64,000 bases of DNA, from assembly GCA_051294375.1 (NCBI GenBank), contig CM119263.1, positions 10,095,552 through 10,159,551 of the forward strand. Direction: 5' to 3'. The notes under the pieces are model-generated. The model made no database searches, was not told the DNA's origin, and saw only the letters and a program-made list of their open reading frames with translations. The stretch is from Paraspadella gotoi. Lineage: Eukaryota > Animalia > Chaetognatha. Made by a program: the position numbers and the translations under genes. Positions 25,197 to 37,017 of the stretch are shown here, one piece after another. Within the stretch, counting starts at the first letter, position 1, and the number at the start of each line of letters is the position of its first letter.

Positions 25197-27045
25197 CTCT
25201 CCTCTATGTTATCGTTGAGAACAAAATTTTTTTTTTTTGGGGCCGACCACTCGCAGTGTCGACAAACGCAACGATTCTTACAAGCGAAAAAAAAGTTCTT
25301 GAATATATTTTTTTATTAATGCACTTTTTGCCTCCCGAATTATTCGGAGCCTATTTTGAGCGACCTTTTTACCCAACCTGTGAAGGACTACTGGTTGACT
25401 CTGCTCCACAAGAGGCTAATGGGTCAAATCGTTTTGGCCGTCGACGTCGAAGAGGAGGCGAGGCGCGGAGGAAGGCGAAGGGGAGACGGAACGTTGAGAT
25501 TCTACGCTCACTGCGTCAAGTGAGAAACCGGATCGAGAAAAAGGGGATCGGAGAAATTAGGTGGTTGGGGACGGAACGAAGGTTGCAATGAGTCGGTAGT
25601 GGATGGGAGATTAATTAGAATAAGAGAGTGAGTGAACGTTGAATAAAAGGACAACTCTGGATGCAATGATAAGGCTCGATTATCGATTGACGACTTTTAC
25701 TGTAATAGTAAGAAGAGCGATCAACGCACGAGTTTAAAGAAAGCTAAAACTTTTACTAATATCCTTCGAAAATCATAACCAATTACAATGAGGCGTCTCC
25801 CCTCTTCAGCCCCGCCTCCTCTTACGACCGCGGAGCCGTCGTTCTCATGGGAATGAATTTAGAAAATTCCAAAATCGCGCAAATTTCGATTCCGAAAGAA
25901 TTTCGGTCTCAGAGAATCGACGAGTTTCTGCTGACTGCCGGAAAAGGGGGATTAGTGTCGAGGTGAGTCAAGGAAAGTTAGTTCGTTTCATGAAATTGAT
26001 ATAACCATTAACCAATATAAAATATATCCATTCATTTAATAAACTAGCTATCTGGCCCCTGACTTTGGACAGGCTATGGTGGTTTAAGGCCTCTATCACT
26101 CTTACAAGATAATGACATAGCAGGTCCCTGCAAGCTTTCAATCAAGACTCTCTCACAGTCTTTTTTATTCACTCACAGAGTACCTGGCTTCCCTATCAAT
26201 GAAGTGGTATAATGTTTCAAAATATAATGGAGATGAATTTTATGAAAATGGTACAACCAATATAAATTGAAGAGACAGTAATTATTGTTATGTGTTAATG
26301 ACAGGACCGTTCAATATAAGCAGTCCCTGAGCTTCGGATCAGGCTGTAACACCATGTTACAGGCGGGTTAAGCGCCCCGTCCCTCTTAACTGCTACGCGG
26401 CCACCGGGCTAGAACCCCGGACCTTTGGTTTGGGAGGCGAAAGACTTGCCTCCGGCACCAATGGCCGCTGATGAACGGTTGGTGGGTTTTAGTCCACCAT
26501 AAAATGATATTTAAAATATATAAATGATATATATATATAAACATTGTATTGGTTGACAAATTCATTGATTCAATGATTAAATCATATATGGCTTGACGTG
26601 GTCTATTTCTGTCAGGTTTTCGAGGCGGTCGCTCAATTGATAGCTTTTTTCTCACTCCAGAGTTTAATTTCCAGAGAGGTTCGTTTGAATCAAGTTGTCC
26701 TCAAGCTGGTGGACGACTCCACGATCCCGAACATTCAGCCTCGAAGTTTTGTCTCCGGAGGAAGAATCCACGTTCCGCCGCTGGCCATGGGATTCTGGGT
26801 TTTGCCTCAAGCCAAAGTGAATATTGCCGTTATCGTGTACCAACTACCAAATAACTGCTTTTTTATGCGGTAGAGATAAAAGATTGCAGTTTTGTTTTTC
26901 TTCTTTTTTGTGTTTTCAGGTCGACGCTTGCGTCGCTTCGATCGACCAAGAAACAAAAAAGCAAAGAACGAAAAAGATTAAAACGCGTAGAAGAAAGAAT
27001 TCCGGCGAGTGGGTGGAGAATACTAAAGTCGTTTTTCGACCTTAA
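20279..27045 (+). CDS. HPSE: Heparanase-like glycoside hydrolase family 79 protein, ~12 exons (one apparent frameshift near 22522)
   Basis: Approximate exons 20279-20681, 20976-21127, 21260-21398, 21554-21736, 22448-22603, 23457-23628, 23994-24078, 24294-24405, 25386-25519, 25810-25962, 26675-26816, 26920-27045. Motifs LAKALSPALIRMGGTRGDYLYF, WDPSNAMELLEY, LGNEP (acid/base Glu), CGPDI, AVTFHHYY, IWLTETSSA (nucleophile Glu), FVAGFMWMDKMG, PMPDYWLTLLHKRLMG, LRFYAHC, VRLN..VLKLVDDSTIP, PPLAMGFWVLPQAKVDAC. Confidence 0.93.
23665..23810 (+). repeat. 70-bp tandem repeat (2 units) in a heparanase intron
   Basis: TTATAGTGTAGTCGTTCTGGCTCG...CATCCACCCTACTAAGCTC starts at 23665 and 23735. Confidence 0.85.
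26041..26268 (-). mobile_element. Dispersed repeat with a Helitron-like CTAG terminus
   Basis: AAACTAGCTATCTGGCCCCTGACTTTGGACAGG resembles a Helitron 3' end (hairpin + CTAG); the body matches 7415-7612 and 16160-16392. Confidence 0.45.
26316..26503 (-). mobile_element. tRNA-derived SINE (same family as 11981-12168)
   Basis: Reverse complement GCGGCCATTGG...TTCGCCTCCCAAACCAAAGGTCCGGGGTTCTAGCCCGGTGGCCGC...CCTGATCCGAAGCTCAGGGACTGCTTA. Confidence 0.7.
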
Positions 27046-27519
27046 TGAATATTTATTTTTGATAAGCGGGTTGTAAGATTATCGTTATAAAAGATTCTAA
27101 TAAAAGAATTTCGGTTTGAATCCTGATGTAGTACGTATGACGATGAAAAACGGGGGTGGAAGCGTGTAGCGAAATCCTGAGATTGATTGTTCGATCATTG
27201 TCTTCCGGACAAAAATTATGTCAATGTTTCACTTAATAACCTGACCTGAATATTATTGCTCTTTGTATACTTTTTTGTGGTATTTTGTGCTATTGTTAAT
27301 AGTATTAACGTGCATTGAAAGCGTATTAAAACTTTTACCCTGAGCTCAAAAACTTATTGTTCAAACAAGCAGAATTAGGCAGATCAATCTCTTCATAATG
27401 TCCTCAAAAACCCGCATGTGTCCTTAAAAATGAAATACTAAACCTAAATCTAAAATCTCTTGATAAGAAAAGTTTCATAAGCGAAACGATTCGCGGGTTA
27501 AGTTGAAAAAAAAAATCAG

Positions 27520-28995
27520 CAAATCTGAAAAAAAAGCGACAGAAATATTAAAGATGAATTGGAAAAGTTTCTGTCCTTCGCTGGAATCAAATTTTAATCT
27601 CATCAAAGGAACATTTTTTTGCGAAGATGGGCAGAAGCCTGTTGTGCTTGGTGAGCTTCTTGCACAACGATTATTAACTAATGAATTCAAGAAAGATAAC
27701 TCCCATGGCAACATTATTGTTCTCCAGGTGCTGAGCAAGGGATAAAAAAAGAAGAAGTGTCGTCGCTTTGTCTTCCTTCTGGCGATGAGCAATTGTTTTG
27801 TAACGGTAAGACTTTACTTAGAATATATCATTATATGATATCAATTATGTTATATCAGTCATGTCATATAAGTTATATTATTTTTTTCAAAAACTTTGGA
27901 TAAACTGTTGGGCTGTTGAAAGGATATTTTTCCTCTAATGAGTAGAAAGAATAATCCATTCAAACTGCGACACGCCCCATTTCCGTTTCAAGCAACGTCT
28001 GAGGCCATCCCTGCCGTCTCATGCCTAAACAGCGCCTGTCAATTCGAAATGAAAAATCCTTTCGATGCCACTTACAGGCGAGACACGATTCTCGATTTTC
28101 ATCAAATTGCAATTCAAAATTATATTTTTCTTTGGGTTCCTCATTTGTCAGTCCGCCTCTGGGCAGCCTCGTCTTTCCCGGCGACGACGCCTGCCTGCTT
28201 CCGCCTGATAAGAGGGACGTCCTGATTCGAATTAAGTTCAGATGCGTCGACGGTGAGGAATTTTATCATCGGATTCCCAATCAGTATTTGACATGATAAC
28301 AATTTTGTATAATAGTACTAAAATTATAATTATCAGAGGCTGCATCTTCCGATTGGGTTTGGGTGGCAATAGGAATAGCAGTTTTCTTCTCGACTTTAAT
28401 CTTTCTCTTCGTGATATTCGCCATAATTAGGAGGAAGAGGAATGGCACCGAAGAAGGAGGAGAAACAAAAGATAAGCAAAGTGAGAAAAATACATTTATT
28501 TAATCGTTTATAAAGTTTTTTTTTTAACATTAATTATTAGCTCGGTCAATATCTAATTCAAATAATCAATTAAGTCAATCAATAACTTAAATCCCCGCAT
28601 CCAATAATCCATTTATCCTTCAATCGCTCAAACTCTCCATCCACCAATACTCCCGTCCACTCTTCTTTTCAAATCTCCAAGTCCCAGTGGATCCGGATTA
28701 CGGTTACGAGGTCGTCGACGACGGAAAGAACGACGATCCAACTCCAGCGCCCAGAGTCTCCAAGAACAACATCACCAACGAGAACAACAGCAAGAACAAC
28801 CTTTACATAGACCTCTCTTCCTCCGATAATGATGAATACGTCAAGTTGGATTTCGACAAAGAGTTTGACGATAACGACGATGAACGACGAAATCACCAAA
28901 TCAGTCGTCATGGCAACGGGACGCTCGCACCGACTGATGATCACGAGTACCTGAAAGCTTTGTCGATTCGTCTGCCAGTGCAGAAAGAAGATTAA
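27520..28995 (+). CDS. Single-pass membrane receptor: Cys-rich (SUEL-lectin-like) ectodomain, TM, Tyr-motif/ITAM cytoplasmic tail (start exon not resolved)
   Basis: Phase-compatible exons 27520-27650, 27728-27805, 27993-28077 (GC donor), 28152-28252, 28337-28480, 28682-28995. Ectodomain ...SCLNSACQF...VFPGDDACLLPPDKRDVLIRIKFRCVD; TM WVWVAIGIAVFFSTLIFLFVIFAII-RRKR; tail YGYEVV, LYIDL-x7-YVKL, EYLKAL. Confidence 0.75.
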
Positions 28996-31900
28996 TAAAA
29001 TTGAATGATAATTTTTTTTCTCGACCTTTTTATTTTTCTTATTTTATTTATTTGTTTTTTCTCTAGGTTCTCGACATCGATATGTTCTTTTTCAATAAAA
29101 TCGTTTGAAAATTATATTATCAAGAAGTTTTTGTACGTTTACAAGCAGTGGTTGTCTTCTCTTTATTGAACCACTAGTCTGTACGTTCATCCCTTTTCAC
29201 ATCATACTTTATAAAGTTTAAGGCAAAGATAGAGAAATGTGTATTTCGCCAAAAGCACTAATTATCAATCGGCTAAAGTATATTTGACTTTGTCCTCGTC
29301 GCAAAATCGTTTTTACTTCTTATACAACGCATCGACATCGCTTCATACTCTGAGTAAAATAGATGGAAAAACTGACTTTTGTTTTTTTTTTCATCGATAC
29401 GAGTCGCCATCTCTTTAGTCAATCGTGAAAAAATTACAAAATTCTGCAATAATCAGAGTATTATTCAGGCTTCTAGGGACCCTAAATCATCATTTCTATT
29501 TTTCGTGAAAGTATTGCGCAATCTAAAAAGATTTGCAATTTGGCTTTCTCAATTTATTATAAATGAGATCTTATTTCATATCGCCATTTTCATTTCTTTT
29601 TGAAATCGGAGGTCGGAACTTTCGTCGAAAAGTTTTTTTTAAAAAGAAACCTGTTCAGTGTTCACTCTCGGAACATATGATGAAAGGTATTTTTTTCCTT
29701 TATATTTTAATTCGATTTTAATTCGATCATCAAAGAAAATATTCGTCATAAGATTATGCAATCCCCGACAGGAGAAAACGACAGTTTTGATGCGAACTCA
29801 AGCAATACGTCAAGTACGGCGGTGAGACAAAGCAGCGGCGCGGTAAGTTAAATTTCGTCCAACATACTTTTACTTAATTTTCTTAAGAATTAAATAAAAA
29901 AAACTTTTCTATTTTCCAATCATCATACTACTCTTAAATCCTATTATTACATTTGATTTCATTGCTTAGTATCAATTACCTTATGAGTACGAGCATAATC
30001 CGAATCAAGAATAAGAACCGAGACTATTTGGTATCGTTCGCAGAATCGGCCGGGCGGGTTCACCAGAATGATGATAGCGAGAAGAAAGAAAGAGAAAGAA
30101 GCGATGGAAAAATCGCGGGAGAAAACGGAGCAGACGATGAAGGGAGAAAATTCTGCGGAGATGAAGGAAAGTCACGAAAATGGATAAATTGATACGGGAG
30201 GGGAAATTAGGGATGACTTTAAAGTTGATGATTACAAATTAATCGCTGTCTGACTTTGTGAGCGACAACGTATTTAATTGCTGCTGTTTTTGAAGCCTAA
30301 GTGAAACAAAACCATGACATGAATGAGATTGATATCATGAGTGATGAGATTAATAACTTAACTTAACTTGAGGTTATACGCTTATTATTTTCAAAGACGG
30401 CGTCTCTTTTCCTTTTTAAAACGTTTCTATTGTGAATATATTATATTTACGTGAATACATTAATAAAGTCTGGGTACCGAGTTATCTTGCATTCTATTCT
30501 TCCGGACTCATGAAATTGTGATACAAAACTAGAGGGACAATTTAAAATGACTGTATTTAAATGTACAAATGCCAGTCAGTGCATAACAAATTCAGTTACA
30601 GTAGCTTCATTTTAATTTACATCATCACAATGGTTGACTTTCGATTTAAAAAAAAAAAATTAAGACTGGTACATTTATTGAAAAAAAAAACATAATAAAA
30701 TCAAAAGAGGCGGACAAGAGAATATTCAAAGAGAAGCTTAAAGAAGAGGTTCAAAATAGAATTGGAAAAGAGAGATAGAGAATGAAAGAACACAAGAGAT
30801 TGAAAAGAGAGGTTGAACTTAAAAATAAAAGGAAAGGCTGTTGAGAGAGAATGAAATTTGAGGCTGAGAAAACATGTCGCTTAGAAAAAAAGAGAACCAG
30901 CCTCTCTTAGATGCAGAATCTTAGTAGAATACGGGGACGAGGGCTGTATCGAGGGGGGGGTTATGGGAGTGGAGAACTCCAACGGGTCAAGTGGAAAGAT
31001 CAAGGTAAGTCAAAGAGGTGGAGAGGGAGAGGCAGGGAGAAGAGCGGGAAAATCTTTTTTTTTTCAGAATTGACAACGGGATTGAGAAGAAATCATCATT
31101 TCAAAGAAAAACACTTTTTTTTTTGGTGTCGAAAAAACGAATGACGCGAAACCTCGCGAAGTACGATAACAAAATAATCATTTAGATTCCAAGAGTTGTT
31201 TTTTTTTTATCTCAGAGAAAAAAAAACCGAATCGAAAAAACATAATTAAACACAATAAACAACAAACGACGGGGCTGTTGTTTACGAATAAGGTTCTAGG
31301 ACTAAGTAATTCAATAATTAATTACGCTTCGTAGAAAGTAAAACCAAGAATATGCGGCGTCGGAATGAAAGATAGAGATAGAAAATAGAGAAAGAGAAAC
31401 AATTAGATTGATTTCTTTAGCGGTAATACTGTAGACAATACGACGGTATAATTTATTGGGGAGTAAAGAGAGAATAACCGTTGATGTTTCGATGGTCTAG
31501 ACCCAGCAGACGGATAAATGTTATCTAACTATTATCTAGTGTTCTTTTTTTTTTTCAAAGGACCAACAGGCGAACATACGTAGGAATAATTTAAGGGAAA
31601 TGGCACATCGTATTTGCGAAAAGGGGAGGGGTGTAGAATCAAGTAGCTTCTTAATTGAAAAATAAACAAACGTAAACCGTTCGCTATTGTTTTTATTTTA
31701 ATTTTTTTTGTTCATCACGTATCCTAAAAGGTAGTTTATTGGATAGTTTTGACTAATTGAGGTGAGCCTAACTTAAAATATTTTACAATATCGATATCAT
31801 TGTGCTAGATTAACTCACGGAAAGTAAAAAAAAAAAGACATCGGTAAAAACGTTCCCGGGGAGAATAGGGGAAATACAAAGAATTTGTTGCAAAGAAAGG

Positions 31901-32558
31901 ATTTTTTTTTCCGCTATGGGATGGGAATTAACCTAAGGCACCCACTGAAGGTTAAAGAAAAATCGTTGGCAATTATAAACGAGAAAAAAGTTTTTAGTAT
32001 GAGATTCGAGTCGTAACTTTTATAGTTTCGCTCGTTAAGATTATGACAAATTTATTATTTTTTTTTCTCGATTATATAAATGATATGAGTCTTAGAACGA
32101 AACGAAAACAGCCCCCATTTTTTTTACGCTTCTCGATGGTAAACTCGTTTTGCCTTTTATTTATTCGAGAACGACAAAGTTACGCTTTTTTAGTAGACAT
32201 GAGTCTTAAACATGACAAAGGAATGAGATTGAAGGCAAAAACATGACAACCGCGTTTGATATTGAAACGTTTCCAGGTTAGCTTGTTAAGGAAAGAAATC
32301 GCGATTTAAAACGTCGTTTGATTCGCGCGTAACAAAAAAGAATGGGAAGGATAAACAAAAAAAAAAAGAAAAAAAAAAGAAAGAACAAAACACAAAGAGT
32401 AAAAACCCTTTTACTTTTTATTGGTTTTATTTCCGCGTTACGTTTTGCTTCGGGAACCGAATTAAGTCTGCTCCGCTGTACTCTTCCTTTTACATTGTTT
32501 ACGTTTAACGATTTTCATACTTTTTTTGGTTTTTATATCCGCATTTAATTATATTGTT

Positions 32559-33212
32559 TCAAACGTGCGTGGAGAGGCGGCCCTGGGGGCTCCGCGACAT
32601 TCCCCCGGACTTGCTGCCCCCGGAATCGGTGATGACGCTGCCGCAGGGGGATGAGGGGCCGTCGCCCGGGGGCGTGCCGCTTCCGCCGCCGCCAGGAGAG
32701 ACGGAGCCCGAGTGGTGGGACCTCGCCACTCCGGCACCGAGCGGCAGGCCCTCGGGAATGGACCGTTGTGTGGAGCTCGAAGGGCGGGTGAGGCGGGGAA
32801 GGGGGGCGGTGGCGGCGGCGGCGCGGGCCAGGGACCGTAAGGGTTGGCGGCGGCGACCCCGCGTTGCAGAGGCCGAGGCTCGTCACCACGTGCCGCCGTG
32901 TGGTCAGGGGGTGCGCGACGCCGGCCGGATGGGCGCCGGCCACGATGACGCCGTCGTGTCGCGTGGCGCCGTAGCTCGGGTCGTGCTGGTCGTAAGGGAT
33001 GGAGCAGGGGTAGGCGTGGTGCAGGATGCCGCCGATGGTGACGCCGGCGCCGAGACCCGCGTGCCGGTCGTAGCTGTTGTAGCCCGTGTCGGGGTATTCC
33101 TCGAGGGAGAGCCCCACGGGCGGGCAAGGGGCGAACTCGGGCGGGGGTCGGATCTTCAGGGGCTCCGAGGTCGGGCGAAGTGTTGGTAGTTGGCGTTGAC
33201 GGCGCCGTTGCC
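32559..33212 (-). CDS. Redundant copy of the terminal exon of the Kirre/NEPH-like gene (with indels)
   Basis: ...LKIRPPPEFAPCPPVGLSLEEYPDTGYNSYDRH... and ends CAG GGC CGC CTC TCC ACG CAC GTT TGA (QGRLSTHV*). Confidence 0.55.
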
Positions 33213-33821
33213 CTGTTAAGTGGGGGGGGGGTTGAAAGAGGAAGTGGGTTAATCAGGGTGGAGGGAAGATTGTAAATGAAAAAACATTTTCTAAATCAAA
33301 TCGGAAAAAAAAAAAAAAAAAAAAATTCGGCTTCCCAAATCGTCGGGTCAGAATTAAAGGGGGCGGGGGAGACGGGGAAAAACCGATCAAAATCGTCACG
33401 CCGCGGATTTACGGAGGGTGGTGGAGGTGGAGGAGGTGGAGGAGGTGGTGGAGGAGGTGGCGGAGGGCGGAATCTGGGGTGGACTCACGGAAGGGAGAGG
33501 GACAGGGAGAGATGTTAAAGAAGGGGGTTCAGGCGGACTTAACGCTGGGGCATCGACAAGCGAGGACAAAGCGGCACTGATTAAAATGGAAAAGCGGATT
33601 AAGAAAAAAAAAACATTGAGTTTGACGAAGAGATAAAAAAAAAACATTGGCGAGGACAATTGCACTATTAATTGAATTATGAAGCGGCACAAACGAAAGT
33701 CTCAGAAGAAAAATTGCGTAAGGGAAAAACAGGCTTTATGGAATTAATCATTGAACGNNNNNNNNNNNNNNNNNNNNNNNNNTTCAAAATTATATTTTTC
33801 TTTGGGTTCCTCATTTGTCAG

Positions 33822-34668
33822 TCCGCCTCTGGGCAGCCTCGTCTTTCCCGGCGACGACGCCTGCCTGCTTCCGCCTGATAAGAGGGACGTCCTGATTCGA
33901 ATTAAGTCAGATGCGTCGACGGTGAGGAATTTTATCATCGGATTCCCAATCAGTATTTGACAATGACATGATAACAATTTTGTATAATAGTACTAAAATT
34001 ATAATTATCAGAGGCTGCATCTTCCGATTGGGTTTGGGTGGCAATAGGAATAGCAGTTTTCTTCTCGACTTTAATCTTCTCTTCGTGATATTCGCCATAA
34101 TTAGGAGGAAGAGGAATGGCACCGAAGAAGGAGGAGAAACAAAAGATAAGCAAAGTGAGAAAAATACATTTATTTAATCGTTTATAAAGTTTTTTTTTAA
34201 CATTAATTATTAGCTCGGTCAATATCTAATTCAAATAATCAATTAAGTCAATCAATAACTTAAATCCCCGCATCCAATAATCCATTTATCCTTCAATCGC
34301 TCAAAATCTCCATCCACCAATACTCCCGTCCACTCTTCTTTTCAAATGTCCAAGTCCCTGTGGATCCGGATTACGGTTACGAGGTCGTCGACGACGGAAA
34401 GATCGACGATCCAACTCCAGCGCCCAGAGTCTCCAAGAACAACATCACCAACGAGAACAACAGCAAGAACAACCTTTACATAGACCTCTCTTCCTCCGAT
34501 AATGATGAATACGTCAAGTTGGATTTCGACAAAGAGTTTGACGATAACGACGATGAACGACGAAATCACCAAATCAGTCGTCATGGCAACGGGACGCTCG
34601 CACCGACTGATGATCACGAGTACCTGAAAGCTTTGTCGATTCGTCTGCCAGTGCAGAAAGAAAATTAA
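33822..34668 (+). pseudogene. Partial duplicate (last 3 exons) of the ITAM-bearing receptor
   Basis: Matches 28152-28995 with two 1-nt deletions and a few substitutions (KND>KID, KED>KEN); 5' exons missing at the gap. Confidence 0.6.
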
Positions 34669-35018
34669 TAAAATTGAATGATAATTTTTTTTCTCGACCT
34701 TTTTATTTTCTTATTTATTTATTTCTTTTTCTCTATGTAAGTTCTCGACATCGATATGTTCTTTTTCAATAAAATCGTTTGAAAATTATATTATCAAGAA
34801 GTTTTGTACGTTACAAGCAGTGGTTGTCTTCTCTTTATTGAACACTAGTCTGTACGTTCATCCCCTTCACATCATACTTTAAAAAGTTTAAGGCGAAGAT
34901 AGAGAAATGTGTATTTCGCCAAAAGCACTATTATCAATCGGCTAAAGTATATTTGACTTTGTCCTCGTCGCAAAATCGTTTTTACTTCTTATACAAGCAT
35001 CGACGTCGCTTCATACTT

Positions 35019-37017
35019 GGCAGTGTCTACGAAAGCCTTTTGTCAAGAAATGAACCGAATCTCCTGATTATTCAAATATGAATGGTAAATTTTTTATACT
35101 TTGAACTATATACAAAGAGTGCCGAACAATGGTGTAAATAAAACCATTCCCATATAAATTTGATACAGTAAAGATAGTTTTTAAGCAATTTTATCTTCAA
35201 AAATCTTGTCCATTTTTGTCCATTTTCAGTTTTGGCACTAATTTTCAAGGTGAAGATCAAAAAAGAAAAATTTTTTACTTTGCTTTTGGGTTCGCCTTTA
35301 TGTTCTTTCTACTGGGGTAAAAGCATTTTTGTTAATGATTCACCGTTTGTCTGCAATGAATTTTTAAAATGGTTAGTCAAAAAATGGCATTTTTTCATTT
35401 CAGCATTTTAGACTAACTGAACATTCTTAAATTAATTGAAACTAATGCAAAATATTCCCCACATGATAAGCTAATTATATCTGTAATATAAAGAAATAAG
35501 CTTCATGCGTTTTCTTAAAGATTTTTTTTAAGATGTCTTTGAATTGTGATTTTTGTGATTGTAGTTATTTTTCCTTTCGACTATAGATTTATTTGTTTTT
35601 ATAGTTTTATTAGTTGGACTAGTTATTATTCTTGTTAAATCTCAAAAAAACCGCATCATTTTACGTTATCTTAAAGCATCAGGATAATTTTTTAATCATT
35701 TTTTCCCAGTGTCGACACGATTTTGCGGAAAAATTATTCCGCCAAAATCTGTCGACTTTACTAAATCTGCTAAGCAACCAAAATCAAAAAAGAAATGGCG
35801 AGTTACCGAATTATTTGGAGCATAAACTAAAATAAACCAAAAAAAGGAAAGAAATGTTGAAGAGGGATTTATGATAATCGCCAGTGGGCGAAGATGGCAG
35901 GGTTGTATCGGGACCTTCAACGAAGCCCTCCAATCTGGTTTCATGCGGACGGCGCAGTCGACAAGTTCAACAGTCTTATTCATGGATCTGAGAGATAATA
36001 TAATGGGGAGACGCTTACCAAGAACCAAGTATTCTGTCACTTGAAAAAGAAAGAAAGAGAGAGAGAGAGAGACACGCAGTAGACGCACTTCGTAAGGATG
36101 CGACGAACCGCTTTACGGGCTCGGAGGATTAAATACTTGCGTAGAATTTCACTGCAGGTTTGATCCGTTGGATGAGGGCGCGGACAAGATCGTCATCACT
36201 TGGCAAATGAGGCGATTCGCTGTCGAACGAATATTGATAAATGTACGCCTTACTCTTATATTTCTCTCTCTTTCTCTCTCTCATTTAAGCCGTCTTATTG
36301 GTCTTCTCAATAATTTTACCGGTCTTTTACATGGCCGTTGTCAATTTTTGGAGAAAGAGACACACGTTCTTAGTAGTTCTGATTAAGACTCGCCTTTGAA
36401 CATTTTGCCCGACACGAATATTGGTTTTACGGGATTTTTTCGGGACAAAAAAGTTTCTCTCTTTCTGCTTATTCGTTGTGACTTCTTATTCATGATTCCT
36501 ATCGAGATTCAGCGAAACATTCAGTCGAAATCTCCTCGTCAAACTTCAAGGTACGGTTAACGTCTCGAACGCGTGATTCGGGCATGAAGTTGAACTCGAG
36601 CATCCACAAATCGGCGGGAAAAGGGCTGCATGAGCGGGAGAAGCGATGAGAGCGGCGACGTCCGCATTTTTCTCGACGATCACAAGAAAGAGTGTCTACG
36701 CTACATTTCTTCTCACGAAAAGCTTAAATTTAAAAAAAATTTTTAAGCCAATAGTTCAGTAGATTTTATAACTCGATAGTTGAAATATATTTTTTCAGCT
36801 CAATTAGTTCAAAAACTTTGAAAGAACTTTTGTCGTAGCAAATTTTGAAGTAATAGAATAAGCAACAGTGCGTTGTGCTTAATGACAGAGAGATAACTAT
36901 TCCAAATCGATTTTTAAAATCAAGAATGACCCAAAAGAATCAAACGAGACACTAGAAAGTAGTAATTTTAATAGATAGAAATCAAGAGTTTGAGAAAGGC
37001 TTTTCGTAGACACTGCC
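35019..37017. mobile_element. ~2.0-kb TIR DNA transposon with 4-bp TSD (ACTT)
   Basis: ACTT|GGCAGTGTCTACGAAAGCCTTT ... AAAGGCTTTTCGTAGACACTGCC|ACTT. Absent at the matching site in copy 1 (~29348). Confidence 0.88.

Noticed and set aside
32554-33189. 211-aa plus-strand ORF and its copies
   Set aside because: Antisense shadow of the GC-rich terminal exon of the kirre-like gene.
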